A stretch of 64,000 bases of DNA from a virus: positions 45,993 to 109,992 of the IMG/VR virus record IMGVR_UViG_3300026484_000105; one strand, 5' to 3'. Shown in pieces: positions 19,833 to 27,465 of this stretch. How positions within the stretch are numbered: position 1 is the first letter of the stretch; each line of letters begins with the position of its first letter. The notes beneath the pieces are model-generated. The model saw only the letters and a list, made by a program, of their open reading frames with translations, was not told where the DNA came from and ran no database searches. The position numbers and the translations under genes are program-made.

Positions 19833-21017
19833 TTATTTATCTTCTAATTTATCAGTAGCTAATTTAAGTAGAGCTATGATGTTTCTAACATTATTATAAT
19901 AAGATATAACATTGCTATTTGCTACATTAGGTACTACAGTATTTACGAATTTAAATATCATATTTAAATCTTCATTATTAATGCTATTTTTACTAGGGTC
20001 TAAACTAGCTGTAGTTTTATATAGAGTTTCCGCAGCTTTTATATCTTCTTTACCACCATCTATTAGTGTTTCCATAACATCTTCAATACTATTAATATAA
20101 ACGATTATGCCAAGTATTTCAGCTTGGGTAAAGAATTCATCAGTATTTACGATAGATTCACCTTTAATATCATATTTAACAAAGGTACTAGTTTTACCAT
20201 CTGTAACCATACCACCTATTTTATTTGTATCTATGACAGTAACAACTGCCTTTATATCATCTTCTTTTACATCCTTATTAGTGTCACTATGTTTTTTAAT
20301 AAGTGCTAGCGTAAGCTGATTAGATAACTCATTAGCAGCAGCCTCTTTAATAGCCTGCTCTTCAATAGCTTTAAAGGCACTGTTTATAGGGTTACCATCA
20401 GAATCAGTATCTAAATCAGTACTTATAGCTTTAGTTGCATCACTGCTACCCTTATATCTACTTAAAATATATAGTAATTCTTTAATATATGCAATAAGCT
20501 CCTTTTTATTTTCTACTTTATTTATCATAGTACCAGAAGAAATAAGTTTATTTATTCGTTTTATCTCCATTTCACTTAAACCCTCTGTTACAATACTATC
20601 TTTTTTATTATTTATGGTTTCTCTAAGAGCATTTAAATCTTTATTTAGGAGTTTGGCATTTTTAAATAAAACAACATAAAGTCTCTTTAGACCATTTATT
20701 AATTTATAGAATACCTTTTTAAGTACTTCTAGAACCTTGTAAAAAGTTCCTTTTATGTCCTCATTACTAACGGTACTTACTTCTTCTAAACCGATATTAA
20801 CTAGTGTACTATTATACAATACTAATGCATTGTCAGTATTAGCATCTATATTTTCTAAGGTCAACAATGCATTTTGACCATCTTGCATTAATCTTAAATC
20901 AGTTTGTACCTCATCTTGAATTTCATAAAATTCCTCTATAGACATTCTAATATCTAACGAGTTATTATTAACATCTTCAACAGACAGAGTTATGTCTTCA
21001 CTTAGAAGCTTTTTCAT
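19833..21017 (-). CDS. Internal head / inner-body-like protein with a cleavable propeptide
   Basis: Acidic N-terminus with S-x-E prohead-protease sites (LSVE, MSIE, VSNE) followed by an amphipathic helix, as in phiKZ head-protein paralogs. Confidence 0.65.
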   Translation of the reverse strand: MKKLLSEDITLSVEDVNNNSLDIRMSIEEFYEIQDEVQTDLRLMQDGQNALLTLENIDANTDNALVLYNSTLVNIGLEEVSTVSNEDIKGTFYKVLEVLKKVFYKLINGLKRLYVVLFKNAKLLNKDLNALRETINNKKDSIVTEGLSEMEIKRINKLISSGTMINKVENKKELIAYIKELLYILSRYKGSSDATKAISTDLDTDSDGNPINSAFKAIEEQAIKEAAANELSNQLTLALIKKHSDTNKDVKEDDIKAVVTVIDTNKIGGMVTDGKTSTFVKYDIKGESIVNTDEFFTQAEILGIIVYINSIEDVMETLIDGGKEDIKAAETLYKTTASLDPSKNSINNEDLNMIFKFVNTVVPNVANSNVISYYNNVRNIIALLKLATDKLEDK

Positions 21018-21073
21018 ATTTATTCCCTTTTATATTTATAATCAATGAAAAGTAAAAAAAGAAAAAAGAATAC

Positions 21074-21223
21074 CTAACCAAGGTATTCCTTAAAACTAAA
21101 TTCGCCCTGACCAGCATATCTAGTCTTGGCCTCATCTAGTTTTATTTTTGCAAAGTCAGAGTTGGTATAGTCTCTACCAACTTCTACTCCATCTATGTAA
21201 TATATAAGTGTCACATCTACCAT
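21074..21223 (-). CDS. Small hypothetical protein (49 aa), not in the ORF track
   Basis: GGAGG RBS then MVDVTLIYYIDGVEVGRDYTNSDFAKIKLDEAKTRYAGQGEFSFKEYLG*. Confidence 0.6.
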   Translation of the reverse strand: MVDVTLIYYIDGVEVGRDYTNSDFAKIKLDEAKTRYAGQGEFSFKEYLG

Positions 21224-21233
21224 AAGGTCCTCC

Positions 21234-21599
21234 TTAGTAACGATTCATTGGGAAAGGTCTCCCAAGTAATCGATACACTTCAATAGCAGCGTTACCATCT
21301 AGTCTACGAACCTCTTTGGTAATTTCGTTACCATCAGAATCGTAATCCACGAATTCTTCCTTTGTGATAGTTTTAATACCATCATCAATAACGTAATCAC
21401 CAATATAAACGTCAACTGCAACAACACAATAATAAGAATCATTATGTGTTATTATTGTAGTATCATCTCTATGGTTAGTAAGATCAATATTGTTATCTTT
21501 CAATAATAACCTAGCAGATGTATTCTCACCTACTATAGAGATTAACTCAGGGTTACGTACAACGTTATCGCTTACTTTTACTAATACAAATTTTCTCAT
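21234..21599 (-). CDS. Hypothetical early protein
   Basis: 121 aa, RBS AAGGA, downstream of the promoter at 21712. Confidence 0.6.
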   Translation of the reverse strand: MRKFVLVKVSDNVVRNPELISIVGENTSARLLLKDNNIDLTNHRDDTTIITHNDSYYCVVAVDVYIGDYVIDDGIKTITKEEFVDYDSDGNEITKEVRRLDGNAAIEVYRLLGRPFPMNRY

Positions 21600-21711
21600 G
21601 TTAATTCCTTCAGCAATAAGTGTAGTTATAGGTTCTGATATTTTATCAGATTACATTAGAATACCTATGATAAATAAATCATTAGCTATTTGATTTATTC
21701 CTTATTACTGT

Positions 21712-21733
21712 TTATATTATATATGGTTGAAAA
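21712..21733 (-). promoter_or_regulatory. Early-type phage promoter
   Basis: TTTTCAACCATATATAATATAA. Confidence 0.7.
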
Positions 21734-21815
21734 TAAGTCGGAACTTAACTTTACATACTTTTTATATGGTATACTTTTTATTGAAAAAGATACAATAAGT
21801 TATAAGGGATACAGG

Positions 21816-23264
21816 ATGGATGAATTAAAAGATCTTAACTTAGGAGCAGTTGCCTATAGTGATGGTAGTGCTAATAATGTTTTAAAGATATGGGGTTGGG
21901 GATCACATGGTTATATTTATGATCTAGATGACGATAAAGGTATAACTAAGAATAAGGTTTCAGGTCTAACTGTATCTGATATAGGATATTTAGAACCAGG
22001 TGAATTAAAAATAAGGAAACACAAAGTAGTTAACCCGATTAAGTACTTAGATTGGTATGGTGCATATAGTGCCCCTGGTACTAATAATATTGGTGAGATG
22101 CTAGCCATTATAGAGACAGTTGAAGAGCTTATAAAGCTGAAAGTTAAAAAGATAGTTATCTATAGTGATTCACAATATTCTATTAATTCTTTCGATTTAG
22201 CCAAAACCAAAACAGTGGATGCTATAAATAGGGATATTAATGCTAATGTGACCTTGGTACTTAGAGCAAAAGAAATACAGACAATGTTAGAGGAAAAGAA
22301 TATAGATTTTTCTTTAAATAAAATAAAAGCTCATAGTGGGCACTTAGGTAATGTTATAGCAGACGATATGGCTATGTTAGGTAGAATAGAATCTAGTAGA
22401 AAAGCCAATTACATTAATACTGACCTAAGAGATCCAAAAGGATATTGGAAGCCGAAGAATGAAAGACATCCTTTTTTAATTGCTAAACAAATCTTTTTTA
22501 CCAATAATGAACCAAATAGAGATGATGGTTCTATGGATTACTCGCTACTCGGATATAAAGAAGAGATGGAAATAGGTAAGAAGATGCACGTAGCTACTTA
22601 TAGATATGTCTCCTTAAAAGAAAGAGATGAAAATATAGAGTTGGTGAAAAATGTTTATAAGAATTTATTGGGAGAACATTCCGTCGTATCTACTATAAGA
22701 ATGGATCTTATGTTTAAAGCAGATATCTTTAAATACATAGATAGATACGGAACAAAGGCTCTGATGCCTATGTCAAAGAATAGAAGAGGTATAAGTGTCC
22801 TTGAGAAGGAGATCATAGCTAATTCTATAAATCCACCAGCATTAGCTTATATAGCTTTAGATAATATTGGTCTATTGAAAATGATACTTAGAGATTTTAA
22901 TAGACTAAAAGAAGACCCAAATCATAAGACAGCTAAGGAATTTATTGAAATAACTGATTATTATTATACGTTCAATGATAAGAATAATTTAGTTATAAAA
23001 CCAGAGTTAACTAATGATGTGAAAAGTCTTAAATATAATTATGTTAAAGACGGTAAAAAAGCAGATATTATAATTCAGTTTGGTAAAGATATAATTGGCA
23101 GAAACCAAATAAAGAAGATAGAAAAGATGAAACCAAGAATATATTTATGTGTTATGAATAATCGTAATATAAAGTTAGATTACTTTACAGTAATAGATCT
23201 TGAATCAACTGGTGATCAAATGGTATGTAGTAACTATTATACAAAAACAGTATTCTTAAAGTAA
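21816..23264 (+). CDS. rnhA: Ribonuclease H (phiKZ gp155-like) with C-terminal extension
   Basis: YSDGS, TNNIGEMLA, YSDSQY, KAHSGHLGNVIADDMA; start reassigned to ATG 21816 after AAGGGA. Confidence 0.85.
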   Translation: MDELKDLNLGAVAYSDGSANNVLKIWGWGSHGYIYDLDDDKGITKNKVSGLTVSDIGYLEPGELKIRKHKVVNPIKYLDWYGAYSAPGTNNIGEMLAIIETVEELIKLKVKKIVIYSDSQYSINSFDLAKTKTVDAINRDINANVTLVLRAKEIQTMLEEKNIDFSLNKIKAHSGHLGNVIADDMAMLGRIESSRKANYINTDLRDPKGYWKPKNERHPFLIAKQIFFTNNEPNRDDGSMDYSLLGYKEEMEIGKKMHVATYRYVSLKERDENIELVKNVYKNLLGEHSVVSTIRMDLMFKADIFKYIDRYGTKALMPMSKNRRGISVLEKEIIANSINPPALAYIALDNIGLLKMILRDFNRLKEDPNHKTAKEFIEITDYYYTFNDKNNLVIKPELTNDVKSLKYNYVKDGKKADIIIQFGKDIIGRNQIKKIEKMKPRIYLCVMNNRNIKLDYFTVIDLESTGDQMVCSNYYTKTVFLK

Positions 23265-23294
23265 GGTAATGTAGCAGTATGCTACATTACCTTA
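23262..23294. terminator. Hairpin overlapping the RNase H stop codon
   Basis: TAAGGTAATGTAGCA-GTA-TGCTACATTACCTTA. Confidence 0.7.
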
Positions 23295-23394
23295 TACCTA
23301 CTATTTAAATTACTATAATGTTTTAACCACTATTCAACGCCCATTTAATTAAGTATATGTTATGGGTAAAAAGAGTAGTTAATTCTACTCTAAT

Positions 23395-23991
23395 CTATCT
23401 AAGGTATTTAAACCAAAGATAGTAGTCATAAACATTCTGTAATATATTTAATATAAGCATTACCATAGTAAAACTTACAATGTTTATGTGAAGAATAGAT
23501 ATAGCTACTACGGCTACACCTGAACCAATAGCGCCACCAATAGTTATAGTTAGACCTGATGCTTTTCTAATTAGTCTAAGTGCTTTATTACCAGAATAAG
23601 ATCTAAACTCCTTTTGTTCATACGCCCTAGAAGTCTCTTTTCCTATCTCTTTAATAAGGGCTGACCCGATAATAACACCATATACTATATAACCAGCAAT
23701 AGCTAAGTCATCTGTATAAATAAGACCTACGTAAAGTGCTACCAGGAAAATACTCTCTTGCGTTATAGATGCCAGTTGCCCTCCTTTTAAGCTAACCCAA
23801 TTACTATGTGCTAGCTTTATACCTACAAGAGCCATCATGAATATTATCACCTCAAATATTGGTATTACATCATTGCCTATTGCATTCTTGGCCATGATCA
23901 TGAATGTTGTTAATGCCATCCATGTAGTTGTTCCCAATAGATCACTTATTATCATTGCTCTTGACCATTTTATATAATTTGTTCTTTTCAT
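23395..23991 (-). CDS. Polytopic membrane protein (~6 TM)
   Basis: Six hydrophobic segments; RBS AGGAG. Confidence 0.7.
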   Translation of the reverse strand: MKRTNYIKWSRAMIISDLLGTTTWMALTTFMIMAKNAIGNDVIPIFEVIIFMMALVGIKLAHSNWVSLKGGQLASITQESIFLVALYVGLIYTDDLAIAGYIVYGVIIGSALIKEIGKETSRAYEQKEFRSYSGNKALRLIRKASGLTITIGGAIGSGVAVVAISILHINIVSFTMVMLILNILQNVYDYYLWFKYLR

Positions 23992-24061
23992 TATGTTCTC
24001 CTATTTATTTACCCATAATATCTTTTACTAAAAAATAACAGATACCAAGTGGTACCTATTA

Positions 24062-24295
24062 TTAAAAGTATTTAGACAATCTGTCTAAGTCTTTTCTATA
24101 TGAATTAATCTTAGCTGCTTTCTCTCTAGCATCCTCGATAATCCTTTCTGCATCTATGCCAATCATATGTTTGGCTGATAGTATTGATTGAGCGTTTGTT
24201 GAAAATAATTCAGCAGAGTACTCTGCATATAATCTTAAATATATTTTAGAATAGACATGTTTACGTCTATCTTTTTTATTATATCGTTTATACAT
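24062..24295 (-). CDS. Hypothetical early protein
   Basis: 77 aa, coupled to the upstream ORF. Confidence 0.55.
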   Translation of the reverse strand: MYKRYNKKDRRKHVYSKIYLRLYAEYSAELFSTNAQSILSAKHMIGIDAERIIEDAREKAAKINSYRKDLDRLSKYF

Positions 24296-24498
24296 TACTT
24301 CTCCTTTATATTTACTTTAACTGTAACATTTTTACACTCAACGTTTGACCATATTGTAACTATGCTATGACCAAATGAATCACTTTTCACTTCCCAACAG
24401 TGCCCTGTCCTTGTTCCGCTTGAGGGTAATATTTCATATGCCCAACCATTCTTTATTTCAATTGCTTTTTCACATCCGTCTACGCTGATGATATTCAT
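24295..24498 (-). CDS. Hypothetical early protein
   Basis: 67 aa, RBS AAGGA, first gene after the promoter at 24558. Confidence 0.55.
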   Translation of the reverse strand: MNIISVDGCEKAIEIKNGWAYEILPSSGTRTGHCWEVKSDSFGHSIVTIWSNVECKNVTVKVNIKEK

Positions 24499-24557
24499 CT
24501 CATATCCTTTGTTTTTATTAATTAATAGTTTGCAATAATTATAACTGCAGACTCTAA

Positions 24558-24579
24558 TTATATTATATATGATTGAAAA
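24558..24579 (-). promoter_or_regulatory. Early-type phage promoter
   Basis: TTTTCAATCATATATAATATAA, identical to the copy at 62811. Confidence 0.75.
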
Positions 24580-24591
24580 AAGATGGAAACT

Positions 24592-24619
24592 CAGTATAGG
24601 ACTTTTAAGTCCTATACTG
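24592..24619 (-). terminator. Hairpin ending the 26.9-24.7 kb cassette
   Basis: CAGTATAGGACTT-TT-AAGTCCTATACTG. Confidence 0.65.
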
Positions 24620-24667
24620 TTACAACATTTATTCTCTAAGTTTAGTTGGATTGGATATCAATGTATC

Positions 24668-24976
24668 CTACTCCTCATCATATGTAAAGTAGCCATAATA
24701 TGTTAATGATGCAATTATATCTGAAGATACATTTATAGCACCTGCACTCAACGGTATTTGATCTTCATTAATTGAAACATAATCCAATTCTGAATTATCT
24801 TTGTCCTTAGTTAGAGTACCATCAGTTAATAAATAACCATATGCAGTACCATCCTCAGCATTTTCATCCAGATACTTTGAGTCTCTATTATTAACAATAA
24901 CAGATATCCTGAACTTACCAGTATGTTCATTAACTATATTTGCTGTTATAACATCCTTAACGTTTACCTTTTCCAT
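24668..24976 (-). CDS. Hypothetical early protein
   Basis: 102 aa, GGAGG RBS. Confidence 0.6.
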   Translation of the reverse strand: MEKVNVKDVITANIVNEHTGKFRISVIVNNRDSKYLDENAEDGTAYGYLLTDGTLTKDKDNSELDYVSINEDQIPLSAGAINVSSDIIASLTYYGYFTYDEE

Positions 24977-24985
24977 ACTAACCTC

Positions 24986-25555
24986 CTAAATTGTAACCAT
25001 AAATAACTTATCAGTATCTTTAAAATAAATAGTTACATCACTAAACCATTTTTCAATATGATCATTATCCTCAATCATATCGTCAGTGCTAATGAGTAAT
25101 TTATTTTTTGAACTATCTTCATATATGCCGTTATTAAACATATATACAACGTTTCCATCACCACTTTCTAATCTAGCATATGTATCTTTATGCTTATCTA
25201 AATAGGGATGTAAATAATGGAACTTGCCGTACATATTATATTTATTCACGTCTTCAAGCATATTCTTTACCTTAATACTAATATTATTATAACTAGCATT
25301 AGTATTATTTGCTATTTGTTTTTTTATGTCATTTATATTACTACCATTACTTCCTATAACATGTTTTATTTCACAACCAGGAACATAAATAGTTAGATCC
25401 ATCTTTTTCTTAGTTTTAAAACTATTTGGGATTGCTACCGTTGCATCGTAATTACCTAAGTGAATGCTAAAGGCATTTAGTTTTTTTAAGTCATCGTTAG
25501 TTAATAGGTTTAAGTAATTTGAGTAACTATTAAACATTCTTTTATCTGCTCTCAT
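24986..25555 (-). CDS. KH-domain (RNA-binding) protein
   Basis: IKHVIGSNGSNINDIKKQ matches the KH GxxG motif and is followed by an ISIKVK strand. Confidence 0.6.
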   Translation of the reverse strand: MRADKRMFNSYSNYLNLLTNDDLKKLNAFSIHLGNYDATVAIPNSFKTKKKMDLTIYVPGCEIKHVIGSNGSNINDIKKQIANNTNASYNNISIKVKNMLEDVNKYNMYGKFHYLHPYLDKHKDTYARLESGDGNVVYMFNNGIYEDSSKNKLLISTDDMIEDNDHIEKWFSDVTIYFKDTDKLFMVTI

Positions 25556-26228
25556 TTTTCATCCTTTTCTCTATGCTAGCCGCGCTAGGTATGATCTGTA
25601 GTTCTTTCTCATCTTTCTCAGTAGGAAGATCACTATCTTTTACAACTGAAACAACTACACCTTTGCCCTTACTACCAATTACTTGACTAGATGGTTTATC
25701 TTTATGTTTTAAAGCCTCTAATCTTCTAATCTTAGAGTTTAAAAGTTTAACCTCTTCTTTAAGCATAGCGATACTGACATCATCATATGTTTCATCTATG
25801 AATTTCTTACCTAACTCTAAAGCAGCTATTTCCATCAATAAGAACATGAGTACTCTATGATTATGAAATTGTGACTCCCCACAGATCGGAATGTAACCAT
25901 CATGATTACCAATCTCATCTTCTTCTCCGAAATAGAAATGTGAACAACCATCCCATTTTATTATACTACATATATAAACTTCATTAAGGTCAGCAGCAGT
26001 TAAATGATTTTTACCAATATTATAAACTTTAAATTCTATATTAGTGTTAACTGGACAGATCTTAAAATCAACTACGAAGTTAACGATTCTTTCATCTAAT
26101 ATATTCTCTTTAGTATCACCAATGATATAATATGTTTTCTTATCATCAAGAGTTCTTTTATACATAACTTCATTTATAGAAGCGTCTCCAGCTATCATAT
26201 CTAAAACTAATTTAGTATTCTTTTCCAT
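25542..26228 (-). CDS. Hypothetical protein with a C-terminal RNAP beta-like fragment
   Basis: KGVVVSVVKDSDLPTEKDEKELQIIPSAASIEKRM aligns without gaps to beta [35 protein letters not shown]. Confidence 0.65.
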   Translation of the reverse strand: MEKNTKLVLDMIAGDASINEVMYKRTLDDKKTYYIIGDTKENILDERIVNFVVDFKICPVNTNIEFKVYNIGKNHLTAADLNEVYICSIIKWDGCSHFYFGEEDEIGNHDGYIPICGESQFHNHRVLMFLLMEIAALELGKKFIDETYDDVSIAMLKEEVKLLNSKIRRLEALKHKDKPSSQVIGSKGKGVVVSVVKDSDLPTEKDEKELQIIPSAASIEKRMKNESR

Positions 26229-26245
26229 TTTATTCTCCTTATATT

Positions 26246-26884
26246 TTAACCAGCATTGAAAGATGCTATTGGTATAGTTGGACAGTTAACTTTAAGATTT
26301 GATCTACCTATTTCAGTTATCTTAATTTTGGCATCTTTATTAAAACCAGAATATGATAAAATAACTCTCCTAACCTCATCTTCATTTCTACACACGACTA
26401 ATAGACTATCATATTCATCATAGTCTACACAAACTTCACGTTCAACTAGATATAGAGGAAGGTCTGTATAGGTTACGTATTCAAATTTACCACCTTCATT
26501 TTTAGCATAAAGCCATGCTCTTTCAACAACATTTGAATCCACCTCTAAAAGACTACTTTCACCAAACTCAACCTGTAATGATCCATCATCATGGACCGCA
26601 TTAAGAGTTATATTTTGAACAGCTAGACCAATGTCGGTCATTACCAATAATAAGGTTTTATACTCTACAACGACATACCGTTTTACCCAATTGCCAATTT
26701 TAATATTCTTATCTTTATACACTGATTTAAGTTCATGATTCTCTATGTAGTGTAATCTACCATCAAATATATACCCTGCTGCATATTCAGGTCGGTTGCA
26801 ATCACCGCTGTTGTCACTGCCATAAATGAACTCGTTTACAAGTTTCTCTATTTTACTTTTATCCTCTATTCTACTTTTACTCAT
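26246..26884 (-). CDS. Hypothetical early protein
   Basis: 212 aa, AGGAG RBS, first gene after the promoter and leader at 26904-26946. Confidence 0.65.
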   Translation of the reverse strand: MSKSRIEDKSKIEKLVNEFIYGSDNSGDCNRPEYAAGYIFDGRLHYIENHELKSVYKDKNIKIGNWVKRYVVVEYKTLLLVMTDIGLAVQNITLNAVHDDGSLQVEFGESSLLEVDSNVVERAWLYAKNEGGKFEYVTYTDLPLYLVEREVCVDYDEYDSLLVVCRNEDEVRRVILSYSGFNKDAKIKITEIGRSNLKVNCPTIPIASFNAG

Positions 26885-26903
26885 AACTTACTCCTAGGGT
26901 TTA

Positions 26904-26946
26904 TTGATACTACCAAGTATCTACTACAATAATATACGGTTGAAAA
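26904..26946 (-). promoter_or_regulatory. Early promoter plus conserved leader hairpin, copy 2
   Basis: TTTTCAACCGTATATTATT then TAGATACTTGGTAGTATCAA; about 50 bp nearly identical to 40280-40322. Confidence 0.8.
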
Positions 26947-26986
26947 TATTTCGAAAGTAGAAAAACAAAATGGATACTATTTATTA

Positions 26987-27016
26987 TAGACTATGAACCT
27001 TTGGGTTCATAGTCTA
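26987..27016 (-). terminator. Hairpin ending the topA operon
   Basis: TAGACTATGAACC-TTTG-GGTTCATAGTCTA overlapping the stop codon. Confidence 0.65.
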
Positions 27017-27445
27017 CATATCAGTAAATTTACTATAATCGGGCATTCTTGAACAAAAATCAATATCTGGATTTTCTTCTTCATCAGAAGCAACTGTTTC
27101 AGCATATCTAGTACCAAATTTAATTGGACGTTTTTCAGGTTGTTTCCAAGTGAAAGAGTTAGTAATTAACATTTTATTTATGTTATGCCTAGGTCCTATC
27201 TCTCTATCAATATATCTAAATTCCCCATTCTTACCATTAGTAAGTAACTCATTTCTATCAATAGATCTTCCATGTTTATCGATAACAATAACATTATCAG
27301 ATGGATAAGTAACAAAACTATTTTGTGTAAAGAATACTAATACGTTAGTTGTAAAATCTGTATTTAGATCTTTCTCTAATAGTTCCAAACCCTCTATATA
27401 ACTTACTTCAGTCCCATCTGTAAAATCTATATGTATTGTAACCAT
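27014..27445 (-). CDS. Hypothetical protein
   Basis: 143 aa, strong RBS GGAGGGAG. Confidence 0.6.
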   Translation of the reverse strand: MVTIHIDFTDGTEVSYIEGLELLEKDLNTDFTTNVLVFFTQNSFVTYPSDNVIVIDKHGRSIDRNELLTNGKNGEFRYIDREIGPRHNINKMLITNSFTWKQPEKRPIKFGTRYAETVASDEEENPDIDFCSRMPDYSKFTDM

Positions 27446-27465
27446 GCTCCCTCCTTAGGTTTTAC

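Noticed and set aside
21690-21815. Longer N-terminus for RNase H given in the ORF track
   Set aside because: It overlaps the divergent promoter; the ATG at 21816 has a proper RBS.
24668-24976. AYGYLLTDG resembling a LAGLIDADG motif
   Set aside because: Only one weak motif, in the wrong order relative to other expected elements, and the protein is too short.
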